This document shows, piece after piece, positions 36,674 through 45,139 of a stretch of DNA of 64,000 nucleotides. The stretch's first letter is position 1; the number at the start of each line of letters is the position of its first letter. Under the pieces are notes generated by a model. The model was not told the DNA's origin. It searched no databases and saw only the letters and a list, made by a program, of their open reading frames with translations. The translations under genes were made by a program, and so were the position numbers. The stretch spans positions 25,769 through 89,768 of the forward strand of contig JAWCLH010000006.1 in NCBI GenBank assembly GCA_038851035.1, written 5' to 3'. This DNA is from Thermoplasmata archaeon (lineage in GTDB: Archaea; Thermoplasmatota; DTKX01; VGTL01).

Positions 36674-36785
36674 TGCTTGAGGATTGGTGCTCCGGCCCCG
36701 CACGGGGCTGGCCCACAGCATATGGTCCACCCCGACGGTGGTCCTTTCCCGGTGGAGAGGGGCCCGGGCCCCAGCACGCGCCGAC

Positions 36786-37256
36786 CTAGTCGCTCCCCTT
36801 TCCTCCTCTCTCGATTCTTTCCAGTCTCTGCAGAATTCTGTCATAGTGGCTCCCCGGCCAGTATATCTGTCCACAGCCCGAGCACCGCCAGAACTCACTC
36901 TGGCGCTCGAACACCGCCTCCGGAACCCTCCCCCGGGCCTCCTCTCGGGTCATGTCTTCGAGGAGGGAGTTGCAGAGGGAGCAGCGCGTCAGAGCGCTCT
37001 CATCGTCGAGCGGGAGTAGGCCCGAGGCCCTCAGCTGCTCGAGCTGCTCATCCAATCCGACGCTCTTGATGAGAACGCCGAGTTCGCCGGCTCTTGAGGC
37101 CAGCTCCTTGTCTCGGGTCAGAAGGAGCCTTCCCTCTGTGCGTGCGAGCCTGAGCAGCTCGCTGTCCTCGAGCAGACCTGGGTAGAGAGTGTCGTGGCCC
37201 AACAGCCTGAGCCATCTCGCTAGAGACCCGAGCATGTAGTCACAGACGAACCTCAA
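36786..37256 (-). CDS. Mut7-C (DUF82) PIN-like RNase domain protein with a C-terminal zinc ribbon
   Basis: The sequence runs RFVCDYMLGSLARWLRLLGHDTLY...LLLTRDKEL...RCSLCNSLL...WRCSGCGQIYWPGSHY and matches the Mut7-C pattern. I prefer the TTG at 37256, because the longer track ORF (to 37373) overlaps the upstream reductase gene. Confidence 0.75.
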   Translation of the reverse strand: MRFVCDYMLGSLARWLRLLGHDTLYPGLLEDSELLRLARTEGRLLLTRDKELASRAGELGVLIKSVGLDEQLEQLRASGLLPLDDESALTRCSLCNSLLEDMTREEARGRVPEAVFERQSEFWRCSGCGQIYWPGSHYDRILQRLERIERGGKGSD

Positions 37257-37272
37257 CTCCTTTGCCAAGGCT

Positions 37273-37995
37273 CTACCTCCGGATGGGCCCGCGGCCCCTC
37301 GGCGGCCGGGAGTCTGTTTCGGATACAGTCTCCCTCCCGACAACGTTACCTTGTGGGGCGGGTTCGTACTCAAGGAGGACCCCGTCCCCTAGTCTCCGGA
37401 CCTTGAGCAGCTTGAGCCTCGTCGCCTCTTCAAGGGACGCCGCGCCCTCGCCGCCCGCGGGCGTGGGTCCATGCCCACCGAGAACAACGCTGCCGATATA
37501 TATTATAAAACGGTCGAATAGCCGACCGGCCACGAAGGAGCCTATGACCTCCTCCCCGCCCTCCACGAGAAGTCTCCTGACCCCCCTCCGGGCCAGCTCA
37601 TCGAGAAGAGGAGGGAGAGGGACCCGAGGCCCCGGCCCGAGCCTGAGCTGCTCCACTCCTCCACCCCAATCCCGCCTTTCCGCCGCCTCCGTAGTCACAA
37701 TGAGCGTTCTCGCCCCGGCTGAGACCACCTTCGCGCTAGGAGGGGTCCTGCCCCTAGAGTCCAGCACTATGCGTAGCGGAAGCTCTTGGCGCTTCAGGTA
37801 CTTCTCCTTGACCAGCAGGCCTGGGTCATCTTGGAGGACCGTTCCGATACCGACTAGAATTGCATCGCAGGAGCTCCTGAGGCGCTGGACACGCTCAATG
37901 TCCTCGTCGCATGATATTCTAGTCTGTCGACGGGATGGGAGGGCGATTTTCCCGTCCGCCGACATTGCACAGTTGATTATCACATATGGCCTCAT
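37273..37995 (-). CDS. RibD C-terminal-domain reductase (archaeal diaminohydroxyphosphoribosylaminopyrimidine reductase type)
   Basis: I prefer the internal ATG at 37995 (MRPYVIINCAMSADGKIALPSRRQTRISCDEDIERVQRLRSSCDAILVGIGTVLQDDPGL). The C-terminal part reads RLLVEGGEEVIGSF. Confidence 0.85.
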   Translation of the reverse strand: MRPYVIINCAMSADGKIALPSRRQTRISCDEDIERVQRLRSSCDAILVGIGTVLQDDPGLLVKEKYLKRQELPLRIVLDSRGRTPPSAKVVSAGARTLIVTTEAAERRDWGGGVEQLRLGPGPRVPLPPLLDELARRGVRRLLVEGGEEVIGSFVAGRLFDRFIIYIGSVVLGGHGPTPAGGEGAASLEEATRLKLLKVRRLGDGVLLEYEPAPQGNVVGRETVSETDSRPPRGRGPIRR

Positions 37996-38081
37996 CAAGC
38001 AGGAATTCACCTCCTGGTATATAGCCGAGGGCGTCACATTTTAAATACCTCCAAACAGTTGAGGCGCGAGGAGGCGGAATA

Positions 38082-38876
38082 GTGGGCGATGATATAGAGA
38101 TTCACATGCTCAAGAAGATAGATCTGAAGGGAGCCACGGTGATTGACGGCTTCCCCAGCGCGGGCCTTGTCAGCTCGATTGTGGCGAACTATATTGTCAG
38201 GGTCCTCTCGCTCGAGCAGGTCGGCGTCCTCGACTCCGTCTATTTTCCCCCGCTCTCGCTCGTCAGGGGAGCGGAACCACTGGACGCGGTCAGAATCTAC
38301 GCGGGTCCCCGCGTCGGAACCGACACCAGCCACGACCAGATTGCGGTTGTCATATCGGAGTTCCAGCCCCCACCCAACCTGGTCCGCGCAATCGCGAGCT
38401 CCATGCTCGACTGGCTCCAGGAGGAGAGGTGCAAGATGCTTTTCTCACCGGAAGGGCTGGTGATCGAGAGGGAGGGAGAGGATGAGAAGGAGGAGAAGAG
38501 AGGTGAGGCGGAGGCGGTGAGGGAGGTCGAGACCTACGGCATCGGTAGCACCCCGAGAGCCCGGAGGCTTCTCGAAGAGAGCGGGGTGAGACTCTTCAAG
38601 GAAGGTGTGATAACGGGCATGGCGGGTGTGCTGCTGAATGAGGGTAAGAGGCGTGACTTCGATGTCGTCGCCCTTCTCGCTGAGGCAAACCCGCAGTACC
38701 CGGATGCACGGGCCGCGGCCAAAGTTATCGAGACGCTGGACAGGCTCATTCTCCACATTCGGCTCGATTCAAGGCCGCTTTATAAAGAGGCCGAAGTTAT
38801 TGAATCACAGATAAAGAGCATCCAGCAGCAGACCAAGGTCCCAAAGCAGACCCCTGCCCCCCACATGTACGGATAA
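38082..38876 (+). CDS. PAC2-family proteasome assembly chaperone homologue (PbaA/PbaB-like)
   Basis: The sequence LKGATVIDGFPSAGLVSSIVANYIV is the typical PAC2 N-terminal strand-loop. The length fits (264 aa). A GGAGG lies 7-8 nt upstream of the GTG at 38082. Confidence 0.75.
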   Translation: MGDDIEIHMLKKIDLKGATVIDGFPSAGLVSSIVANYIVRVLSLEQVGVLDSVYFPPLSLVRGAEPLDAVRIYAGPRVGTDTSHDQIAVVISEFQPPPNLVRAIASSMLDWLQEERCKMLFSPEGLVIEREGEDEKEEKRGEAEAVREVETYGIGSTPRARRLLEESGVRLFKEGVITGMAGVLLNEGKRRDFDVVALLAEANPQYPDARAAAKVIETLDRLILHIRLDSRPLYKEAEVIESQIKSIQQQTKVPKQTPAPHMYG

Positions 38877-39086
38877 TGACGCTGCCCGGGGTGGACCGCA
38901 ACCCATTTGGCGCGCATACATGTCCAGGTGGTGGCTGAACCCATCAGCGGCGGCCTGCCCCGGGGCGAATGGGCTTGTGGAGCCGGGTGAGCCGGATTTC
39001 CACAGGAAACAAGGGGGTCTTCGCCCATCTCCCAGTTAAGCATATAAAGCAATCGCGCTAATGAAGGTCCCCTACGGGGAGCAGAG

Positions 39087-41372
39087 ATGGCGGAAGAGAT
39101 GGACCTGGCGGCGATGACCACCAGATGGCGAGACTTCCTGAAGACCTACTGCGCTAAGGAGCTCCTCGAGGTCGCCAACTCCTACCCCGAGAAGAGGAGC
39201 CTCCTGGTCAGCTTCAGGGACATCGAGGTCTTCGACCACGAGCTCGCAATGCAGCTTCTCGACAGGCCCAACAGCGCCATCTACACAGCGGAACTAGCGA
39301 TACAGGACCCTGAGTGCCTCCCCCCCGATATCAGGCCAGAGGTCAGGCGTGGCATCCACTTCCGCGTGAAGGAGCTCCCGCCAAAGCCCCTTGCGTTGAC
39401 CGACGTGAGGGAGCTCAGGGCGAAGCACATAGGGAGGCTAGTTGCGGTCAAGGGTCTCGTCCGGAAGGCGACGCAGGTAAAGCCGAAGCTCGTCGACGCG
39501 GTGTTCCAGTGCGCTAGGTGCCTCGCAATAATAAAGGAGCCCCAGACCAGCAGCGTTTTCAGGGAACCTATGGAGTGCTATAGGGACCAGGGCGGATGCG
39601 GAAAGAGCGCGGCCTCGACCTACTTTATCCTCCTGACACACGACATGGCTCCCTTGCGGAGACCGATTCAGCTCTCGAGGGCGAGGGAGAGCGCGGGCAC
39701 CGACGCCGGGATGGGGGAAGGAGAAACGAGGGCGAGGGAGCTCCCCCACCCTAGGACCGTTCCCCCCACGGAGAGGTCCGTTTTCATAGACACCCAGAAA
39801 ATCGAGATTCAGGAGAGCCCGGAGGGCCTGCGCGGCGGAGACCAGCCAGAGAGGCTCACGGCCTACGCCGAGGACGACCTCTGCAGGGTGGTCTCGCCCG
39901 GCGACAAGGTCATTCTCAACGGAATTCTCCGCAGCCAGCAGAGGACCTACGGGCAGGTCAAGTCCACATTCTTCGACTGGTACCTTGAGATAATCAGCAT
40001 AGAGCTCGAGCAGCACGAGTTCGAGGAGGTGGAGATATCACCAGAGGAGGAGCAGGAGATTCTCAGGATGGCGAAGAGCAAGGACATCACCAGAAAAATC
40101 GTCGCATCAATAGCGCCGACGATATTCGGACTGGAGGTTGAGAAGGAAGCCCTGGCGCTCCAAATGTTCGGTGGCGTTCCCAAGGTCCTGCCCGACAAGA
40201 CCAGGATAAGGGGGGACATCCACTGCCTCCTGGTAGGGGACCCCGGGACCGCCAAGTCCCAGCTCTTGCGGTATATCGCCAATCTAGTTCCCAGAGGAAT
40301 CTACGCGTCGGGGAAAGCGACGAGCGCCGCAGGCCTGACAGCGGCCGCGGTCCACGACGAGTTCGGGGAAGGCCGGTGGACGCTCGAGGCGGGGGCGCTG
40401 GTGCTGGCCGACAAGGGCCTGGCCTGTATCGACGAGTTGGACAAGATGTCGGAGCAGGACAGCTCGAGCATGCACGAAGCGATGGAGCAGCAGTGCATCA
40501 GCATCGCCAAGGCGGGCATAACTGCGACCCTCCAATCGCGCTGCGCCATTCTGGCCGCCGCAAATCCCAAGGAGGGCCGCTTCGATGAGCACAGTTATCT
40601 TGTGGACCAGATAAACCTCTCCCCGACCCTCCTCTCTCGCTTCGACGTAATATTCCCTCTGACGGACAGGCCTGACGAAAAGAGGGACGCTGCTCTCGCA
40701 GAGCACATTCTCAGCGCCCACCTCGCAGGGGAGATAGCACAGTACAGGAAAAACGTCCAGGACAGGCGGTTTTCCAAGGAGGACGAGAGGAGGGCGATGA
40801 AGAGGGTGGAGCCCGAGATAAAGCCAGAGACCCTCAGGAAGTACATCGCCTATGCCCGGAGCCGCGTATTCCCCGTAATGACCAGGGAGGCGATGGAGAT
40901 TCTTCAGGATTATTACGTGAGCATCCGAGCCCAGTCCAAGATGGCGGAGGGGGGAGAGGGAGGGGCCGTCCCGATGACCCCGAGGCAGATTGAGGCCCTC
41001 ATCCGCCTCTCCGAGGCGAGCGCTAGGATGCGTCTGAGCAACGAGGTTACGGAGGAGGACGCGGAAAGGGCGAAGAGAATCATCGAGTTCTTCCTGCGTA
41101 AGGTCGCGAGCGACAGCGGCCGTTTCGACATCGACGCGATAATGACGGGCACGACCCACAGCCAGCGTGAGAGAATTCGGGCGATTCTGGACTACATTAA
41201 GGAAGCGGACGAGGGGCGGGGGGTCCCAGAGGAGGACATCGTCCGGGCGACGGCCAACAAGGGGGTTCCGGAGGAGAAGGTGAGGAGGGACATCGCAAGG
41301 CTCGTCGACGATGGTAGAATTTATGAGCCGAGCCCCGGCAGATACAGGTTGGCGGGAGGGGAGAGGAGGTGA
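39087..41372 (+). CDS. mcm: MCM replicative helicase
   Basis: The N-terminal OB/zinc region reads FQCARCLAII...MECYRDQGGCG...FIDTQKIEIQESPE. Walker A is GDPGTAKS, Walker B is IDELDKM, the arginine finger block is SRFD, and a C-terminal winged helix is present. A ~45-aa insertion lies at aa ~186-230. Confidence 0.95.
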   Translation: MAEEMDLAAMTTRWRDFLKTYCAKELLEVANSYPEKRSLLVSFRDIEVFDHELAMQLLDRPNSAIYTAELAIQDPECLPPDIRPEVRRGIHFRVKELPPKPLALTDVRELRAKHIGRLVAVKGLVRKATQVKPKLVDAVFQCARCLAIIKEPQTSSVFREPMECYRDQGGCGKSAASTYFILLTHDMAPLRRPIQLSRARESAGTDAGMGEGETRARELPHPRTVPPTERSVFIDTQKIEIQESPEGLRGGDQPERLTAYAEDDLCRVVSPGDKVILNGILRSQQRTYGQVKSTFFDWYLEIISIELEQHEFEEVEISPEEEQEILRMAKSKDITRKIVASIAPTIFGLEVEKEALALQMFGGVPKVLPDKTRIRGDIHCLLVGDPGTAKSQLLRYIANLVPRGIYASGKATSAAGLTAAAVHDEFGEGRWTLEAGALVLADKGLACIDELDKMSEQDSSSMHEAMEQQCISIAKAGITATLQSRCAILAAANPKEGRFDEHSYLVDQINLSPTLLSRFDVIFPLTDRPDEKRDAALAEHILSAHLAGEIAQYRKNVQDRRFSKEDERRAMKRVEPEIKPETLRKYIAYARSRVFPVMTREAMEILQDYYVSIRAQSKMAEGGEGGAVPMTPRQIEALIRLSEASARMRLSNEVTEEDAERAKRIIEFFLRKVASDSGRFDIDAIMTGTTHSQRERIRAILDYIKEADEGRGVPEEDIVRATANKGVPEEKVRRDIARLVDDGRIYEPSPGRYRLAGGERR

Positions 41373-41662
41373 TTAGGTTGAAGAGGCACCGCTCTGGCAG
41401 CGAGCTTCTTATCGCGGCCTGTGACGATGAGCTACTCGGAAGGCGCTTCACAGAGGGTGAGCTAACCCTCGAAGTCAGCCCGGCCTTCTTCGGCGGTGAG
41501 AGGGTGAGCCGCAGGCTCCTCCTAGAGTGCCTCGCCCTCGCCACAATCGCCAATCTCGTCGGCGAGGAGACGGTGGCGGCGGCGATTGAGGGCGGGTTCG
41601 TTGACCCAGAGTGCGTGATTCGCATTGGCGGCGTTCCTCATGCCCAGATGGTGAGAATATGA
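41369..41662 (+). CDS. DUF424 family protein
   Basis: The sequence LLIAACDDELLGRRFTEGELTLEVSPAFFGGERVS...IANLVGEETV fits the DUF424 pattern. Its GTG start overlaps the MCM stop (GTGA). Confidence 0.7.
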   Translation: MIRLKRHRSGSELLIAACDDELLGRRFTEGELTLEVSPAFFGGERVSRRLLLECLALATIANLVGEETVAAAIEGGFVDPECVIRIGGVPHAQMVRI

Positions 41663-42747
41663 GACGGACGGTGGGAGGGCGCCGGGGGCGCCCTAAGGAG
41701 CTGGCCTGCATCGTGTGCGGCGAGAGGCCACCCGCCCTAGACGGCCTTTGCAGCGAGTGCCTCTCGACGAGGCGCCGCTTTATAGAGCTCCCACAGTACA
41801 CCGAGCTGGTGCGCTGCGCCCACTGCGCCAGCGTCCTGAGCGGGCGAAGATGGGCCGACTCCGTCGGAGAGCTAGAGGACATAGAGGCTGCGGTGCGCCG
41901 AGAGCTCCGAATTGACGTAGGAGAGGGTGCGAAGGTTGAGGCGAAGGTCAAGGTGATGCCCGTAGATGAGCATAGCGCCGATGCCGAGGTCGTGGCGCTG
42001 GTGAGGGCGGGTTTGGCATCCCTAACGCAGACGGCTCGCACGCGGGTGAGGCTGAGGAGATCCGTCTGCGAGCGCTGCTCCAGAATTCGTGGGCAATATT
42101 ATGAAGCCACGCTTCAGGTGAGGGCCCTGGGCAGGCCGCTGAGTCGAGAAGAGCTGGCGCTGGTCAGGAGCAAGATCAGCGAGCTCTTCAGACCCGCCGG
42201 AAGGGAGGATTTCATCGGGAAAGAAGAGGAGGTAGAAGGGGGTCTTGACCTCAGGCTTGGGAAGGTTGCGGGCGCGAGAGCGCTCGCGAGGGCCGTGGCA
42301 CAAGCGTTCGGAGGGAGGGTCAGCGAGAGCTCGAGTCTTGTCGGCAGGCGGGATGGAAGGAGCCTTCATCGTGTCACTTTCCTCGTCCGTCTACCCGGAA
42401 TTCGGGAGGGCGATTTCGTGCGCGCAAGAGGAAGGCTCCTGATGGTCATGAGCATTGGGCAGAGGGGCGCCTCCTGCAGAGACTTGGCTTCCGGTGAGGA
42501 GAGGCTGCTCGATGGGAAGGATATTGCCACGGCTTTCAGAGTCGGTGGAAGAGAGATCGTCCGGGAAGCCGTTGTGCTCGAGGAGCGAAGGCCGGAGGTC
42601 CAAATTCTCGACCCTGTGAGCTGCCGGCCCCTAACATTGGTTGCTCCCGAATGGTTCTGGCGGAAAACTGGGAGGGAGAGCGTCGGGTTGGTCAGAGACG
42701 AAGACGAGGTTTATTTGGTCCCGGACGAGAGAGAGCGGGAAAGCTAG
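41659..42747 (+). CDS. NMD3-family protein (archaeal homologue of the 60S export adaptor)
   Basis: I prefer the internal ATG at 41659, which overlaps the DUF424 stop (ATGA). The N-terminal zinc clusters are CIVCGERPPALDGLCSECL...VRCAHCASV...CERCSR, followed by an NMD3-like body. Confidence 0.78.
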   Translation: MRRTVGGRRGRPKELACIVCGERPPALDGLCSECLSTRRRFIELPQYTELVRCAHCASVLSGRRWADSVGELEDIEAAVRRELRIDVGEGAKVEAKVKVMPVDEHSADAEVVALVRAGLASLTQTARTRVRLRRSVCERCSRIRGQYYEATLQVRALGRPLSREELALVRSKISELFRPAGREDFIGKEEEVEGGLDLRLGKVAGARALARAVAQAFGGRVSESSSLVGRRDGRSLHRVTFLVRLPGIREGDFVRARGRLLMVMSIGQRGASCRDLASGEERLLDGKDIATAFRVGGREIVREAVVLEERRPEVQILDPVSCRPLTLVAPEWFWRKTGRESVGLVRDEDEVYLVPDERERES

Positions 42748-42787
42748 TCCGGCTCTACACGGATTGCCTCGAACTCTCCTAGAGGCC

Positions 42788-43741
42788 TCAGAAACCGGCC
42801 AGCGCTTTCACTATCCCGTAAAGAATTACATTTCCAAAGACGAAGCAAAAAACAAAACCCGCGAGGAGCTGGACCATGAAGGGAATTTGTGGCTGGACCC
42901 AGACGCGGGTCTCGCCCATCTCTTCGAGCCTGCGTAGCTGCGCCTTTTTCCATCCGGAATCGCAGCCCCTGAAACGGTAATAGAGGTATCTCCTCCTCCC
43001 GCCCTCGACACACTCCGAGAGCCAGATGAACCTCTTCGCGCGCGCCTCGTCGATTGGAATTCTATAAGCGAGGAACATCAGCGGGCCCCAGTCGCCTCTC
43101 GCCAGATTGTAGATGAAAAGCGCGATGGGGTTGAAAATCGTGAAGAAAGCAGCGGTGAAGAAAACGGCGAGAACGAAGGGGCAGATGAGCATGAAGCCCC
43201 GGGGGGCCGGGAGGGGATCAATAATGGGGGAAGGGTAGAAGGGTATGAAAACCGACATCGCCAGGAAGGCCTTGGCATCGGCCCCGCCGGAGAGGAGCTG
43301 GGTTCTGTAGAGAACATAGGCGAACAGCATCATCACCGGGATTGTGAGAAGCTGGAGGTGGCGGAAGCCCTCCTGAGTAGAGGGGTCGAGTAGGCCAGTC
43401 CTGAGCTGGGCCGCTACCACCATCAGCGATGCCGCGACCAGTCCTATGGTCGCCAAAGCACTGTCCCTTTTCCGGACGCCCACGCCCAGAATTTCCCCCT
43501 CGTACCAGAGGGTGATGAAAAAAACGATTATAAAGAACGGCGAGAGAAGGTAGACGATGCCCTCGCCGTTGAGAAGGAGGTCGAGCTCAAGCAGAGCGGT
43601 CCCCAGAGCCAAGAGTATCCACCAGGCCCCGTCTGCGACGCGCCTCGTTCTCAGGTCCGATTCCGCCGCCCACGCCAGAACCCCCGCACCGACCAGAAAG
43701 CGCACTAGGTCGGTGAAGCTCCCGGGTCCATACACAGACAT
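42788..43741 (-). CDS. Archaeal A24-family prepilin/preflagellin peptidase (FlaK/PibD-like) with a C-terminal Arc_PepC-type extension
   Basis: The two catalytic Asp motifs sit in the expected context (AESDLRTRRVADG and LSGGADAKAFLAMS). It has multiple TMs. The C-terminal part (RVWVQPQIPFMVQLLAGF) resembles FlaK. Confidence 0.85.
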   Translation of the reverse strand: MSVYGPGSFTDLVRFLVGAGVLAWAAESDLRTRRVADGAWWILLALGTALLELDLLLNGEGIVYLLSPFFIIVFFITLWYEGEILGVGVRKRDSALATIGLVAASLMVVAAQLRTGLLDPSTQEGFRHLQLLTIPVMMLFAYVLYRTQLLSGGADAKAFLAMSVFIPFYPSPIIDPLPAPRGFMLICPFVLAVFFTAAFFTIFNPIALFIYNLARGDWGPLMFLAYRIPIDEARAKRFIWLSECVEGGRRRYLYYRFRGCDSGWKKAQLRRLEEMGETRVWVQPQIPFMVQLLAGFVFCFVFGNVILYGIVKALAGF

Positions 43742-43810
43742 GACACGCCTTTCGAGGAGTTAAATCTAGGGGAAAACATATTTAAAAACCAATCAGCATC
43801 AGGAGGCTCG

Positions 43811-44602
43811 ATGTGCGCTAGGGTCAAAGAGGAGAGAGTCCAACCGCCTGATGCTCCCTCGGCCGCCCCATCCGGTGCCCGCTGCAAGACAGGAATCGAG
43901 CTACTAGACAGAGCTCTTGGAGGAGGAATTCCTAGGGGCAGCTCTGTTCTCCTGAGCGGCGCGTGTGGGACGGGCAAGACCACGCTCGGGATGGAGTTCC
44001 TCGCTCGCGGAGCCTCGGCAGGGGAGATCGGGCTCTACATCGCCGTCACAGAGCCATCGAAGAGGGTGAGGGACAATATGAGCGCCTTCGAGTTCTTCGA
44101 CCCTAAACTCGTGGAGGAGGGCAAGCTCCGTCTACTCGACGCCCAGGACATGCTTGAGAGGCTCGGTGTTGACAGGGTCGAGTACACACAGGAAGACGCC
44201 GCCGCAATTCTTAAAGCGATTCTAGACTCTGTGAGGGAGTCCGGTGCGGCCAGGCTGGTGGTCGACTCTATAACTGGCATTTGCATCCATCTCAAAACCA
44301 GGGAGAGGGTGAGGGACTTTGTGCTCAAACTCGCGAGGGGTCTCTCGGCCGCGGGGTGCACCAGCCTCCTGGTTTCCGAGACCACACCCAGTGAGGGCCA
44401 CCACTCCCCGTTCGGGGTTGAGGAGGCGGTGGCGGACGGTGTTATCGCGCTGGGGAATGCGGACCAGAGGGGGCACCTCCTGCGGACGCTGCACATTGTA
44501 AAAATGAGGGGGACCCACCACTCTAGGGCAAGGTACGCTCTAGACCTCACTCCCTTCGGGATCATTCTCGCCCCCCTTCTCAGGGGATCGCTCGGCGCCT
44601 GA
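43811..44602 (+). CDS. Single-domain KaiC/RecA-superfamily ATPase (COG0467-type, FlaH/ArlH-like class)
   Basis: The sequence reads TGIELLDRALGGGIPRGSSVLLSGACGTGKTTLGMEF, with a canonical Walker A (GACGTGKT). Walker B is LVVDSITG. The C-terminal part is LHIVKMRGTHHS. Confidence 0.85.
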   Translation: MCARVKEERVQPPDAPSAAPSGARCKTGIELLDRALGGGIPRGSSVLLSGACGTGKTTLGMEFLARGASAGEIGLYIAVTEPSKRVRDNMSAFEFFDPKLVEEGKLRLLDAQDMLERLGVDRVEYTQEDAAAILKAILDSVRESGAARLVVDSITGICIHLKTRERVRDFVLKLARGLSAAGCTSLLVSETTPSEGHHSPFGVEEAVADGVIALGNADQRGHLLRTLHIVKMRGTHHSRARYALDLTPFGIILAPLLRGSLGA

Positions 44603-44615
44603 GAGAGGCCTCCTG

Positions 44616-45080
44616 ATGTCTCGCATTCCCTGGGATGAGTATTTCATGAACATCGCCTGCGACGTGGCTGCCCGGAGCACCTGCATCAGGAAGGGGAGGA
44701 AGATCGGAACAGTGATAGTGAACGAGTGGCACGAAATAGTAGCCACCGGCTACAACGGCAACCCCCGCGGGATGGAGCACTGCGAGGAAATAGGCTGCGT
44801 TCGGGAGAGACTTGGAATTCCGAGCGGTGAGAAGGCCGAGGTCTGCACTGCCGTCCATTCGGAACAGAACGCGCTCCTTCAGGCCGGGACTAGGTCCCGC
44901 GGCTCCACGCTCTATACTATATTCAACCCCTGTAACACCTGCGCGAAGATGATCGCGAACGCCGGTATCGTGCGTGTGGTCTACATTATTGACTACCCAG
45001 AGAGGATGGGTCTGGAGATTCTGAGGAAGTGCGGTGTAAGGGTGACGAAGCTCAGGGGCTTCAAGAGGAGGCCAGAATAG
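44616..45080 (+). CDS. dCMP deaminase (ComEB/cytidine-deoxycytidylate deaminase zinc-binding family)
   Basis: The zinc motifs HSEQNAL (HAE-type) and PCNTCAKMI (PCxxC) are present. The length is 154 aa. It starts 14 nt after the KaiC-like gene. Confidence 0.9.
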   Translation: MSRIPWDEYFMNIACDVAARSTCIRKGRKIGTVIVNEWHEIVATGYNGNPRGMEHCEEIGCVRERLGIPSGEKAEVCTAVHSEQNALLQAGTRSRGSTLYTIFNPCNTCAKMIANAGIVRVVYIIDYPERMGLEILRKCGVRVTKLRGFKRRPE

Positions 45081-45139
45081 CTCGACCGAAGAGGTGAATC
45101 GACAGGATATGCAGGGGGCTCAGGAGCAGCCGCAACCCC

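Noticed and set aside
38877-39086. The 210-nt gap upstream of MCM, examined for a small ORF or structured RNA (a GGGCGAA...TTCGCCC stem and a 38-aa ORF).
   Set aside because: The 38-aa ORF has no protein-like features. The stem is short with poorly paired interior sequence. Only the TATA-like gcatataaagc about 40 nt before the MCM ATG is convincing. This remains unresolved but is not supported.
44616-45080. The dCMP deaminase flanked by KaiC-like ATPases, considered as a nucleotide-depletion anti-virus defence module.
   Set aside because: The deaminase is a plain 154-aa ComEB-type housekeeping enzyme without extra sensor domains. No other defence-associated genes are nearby.
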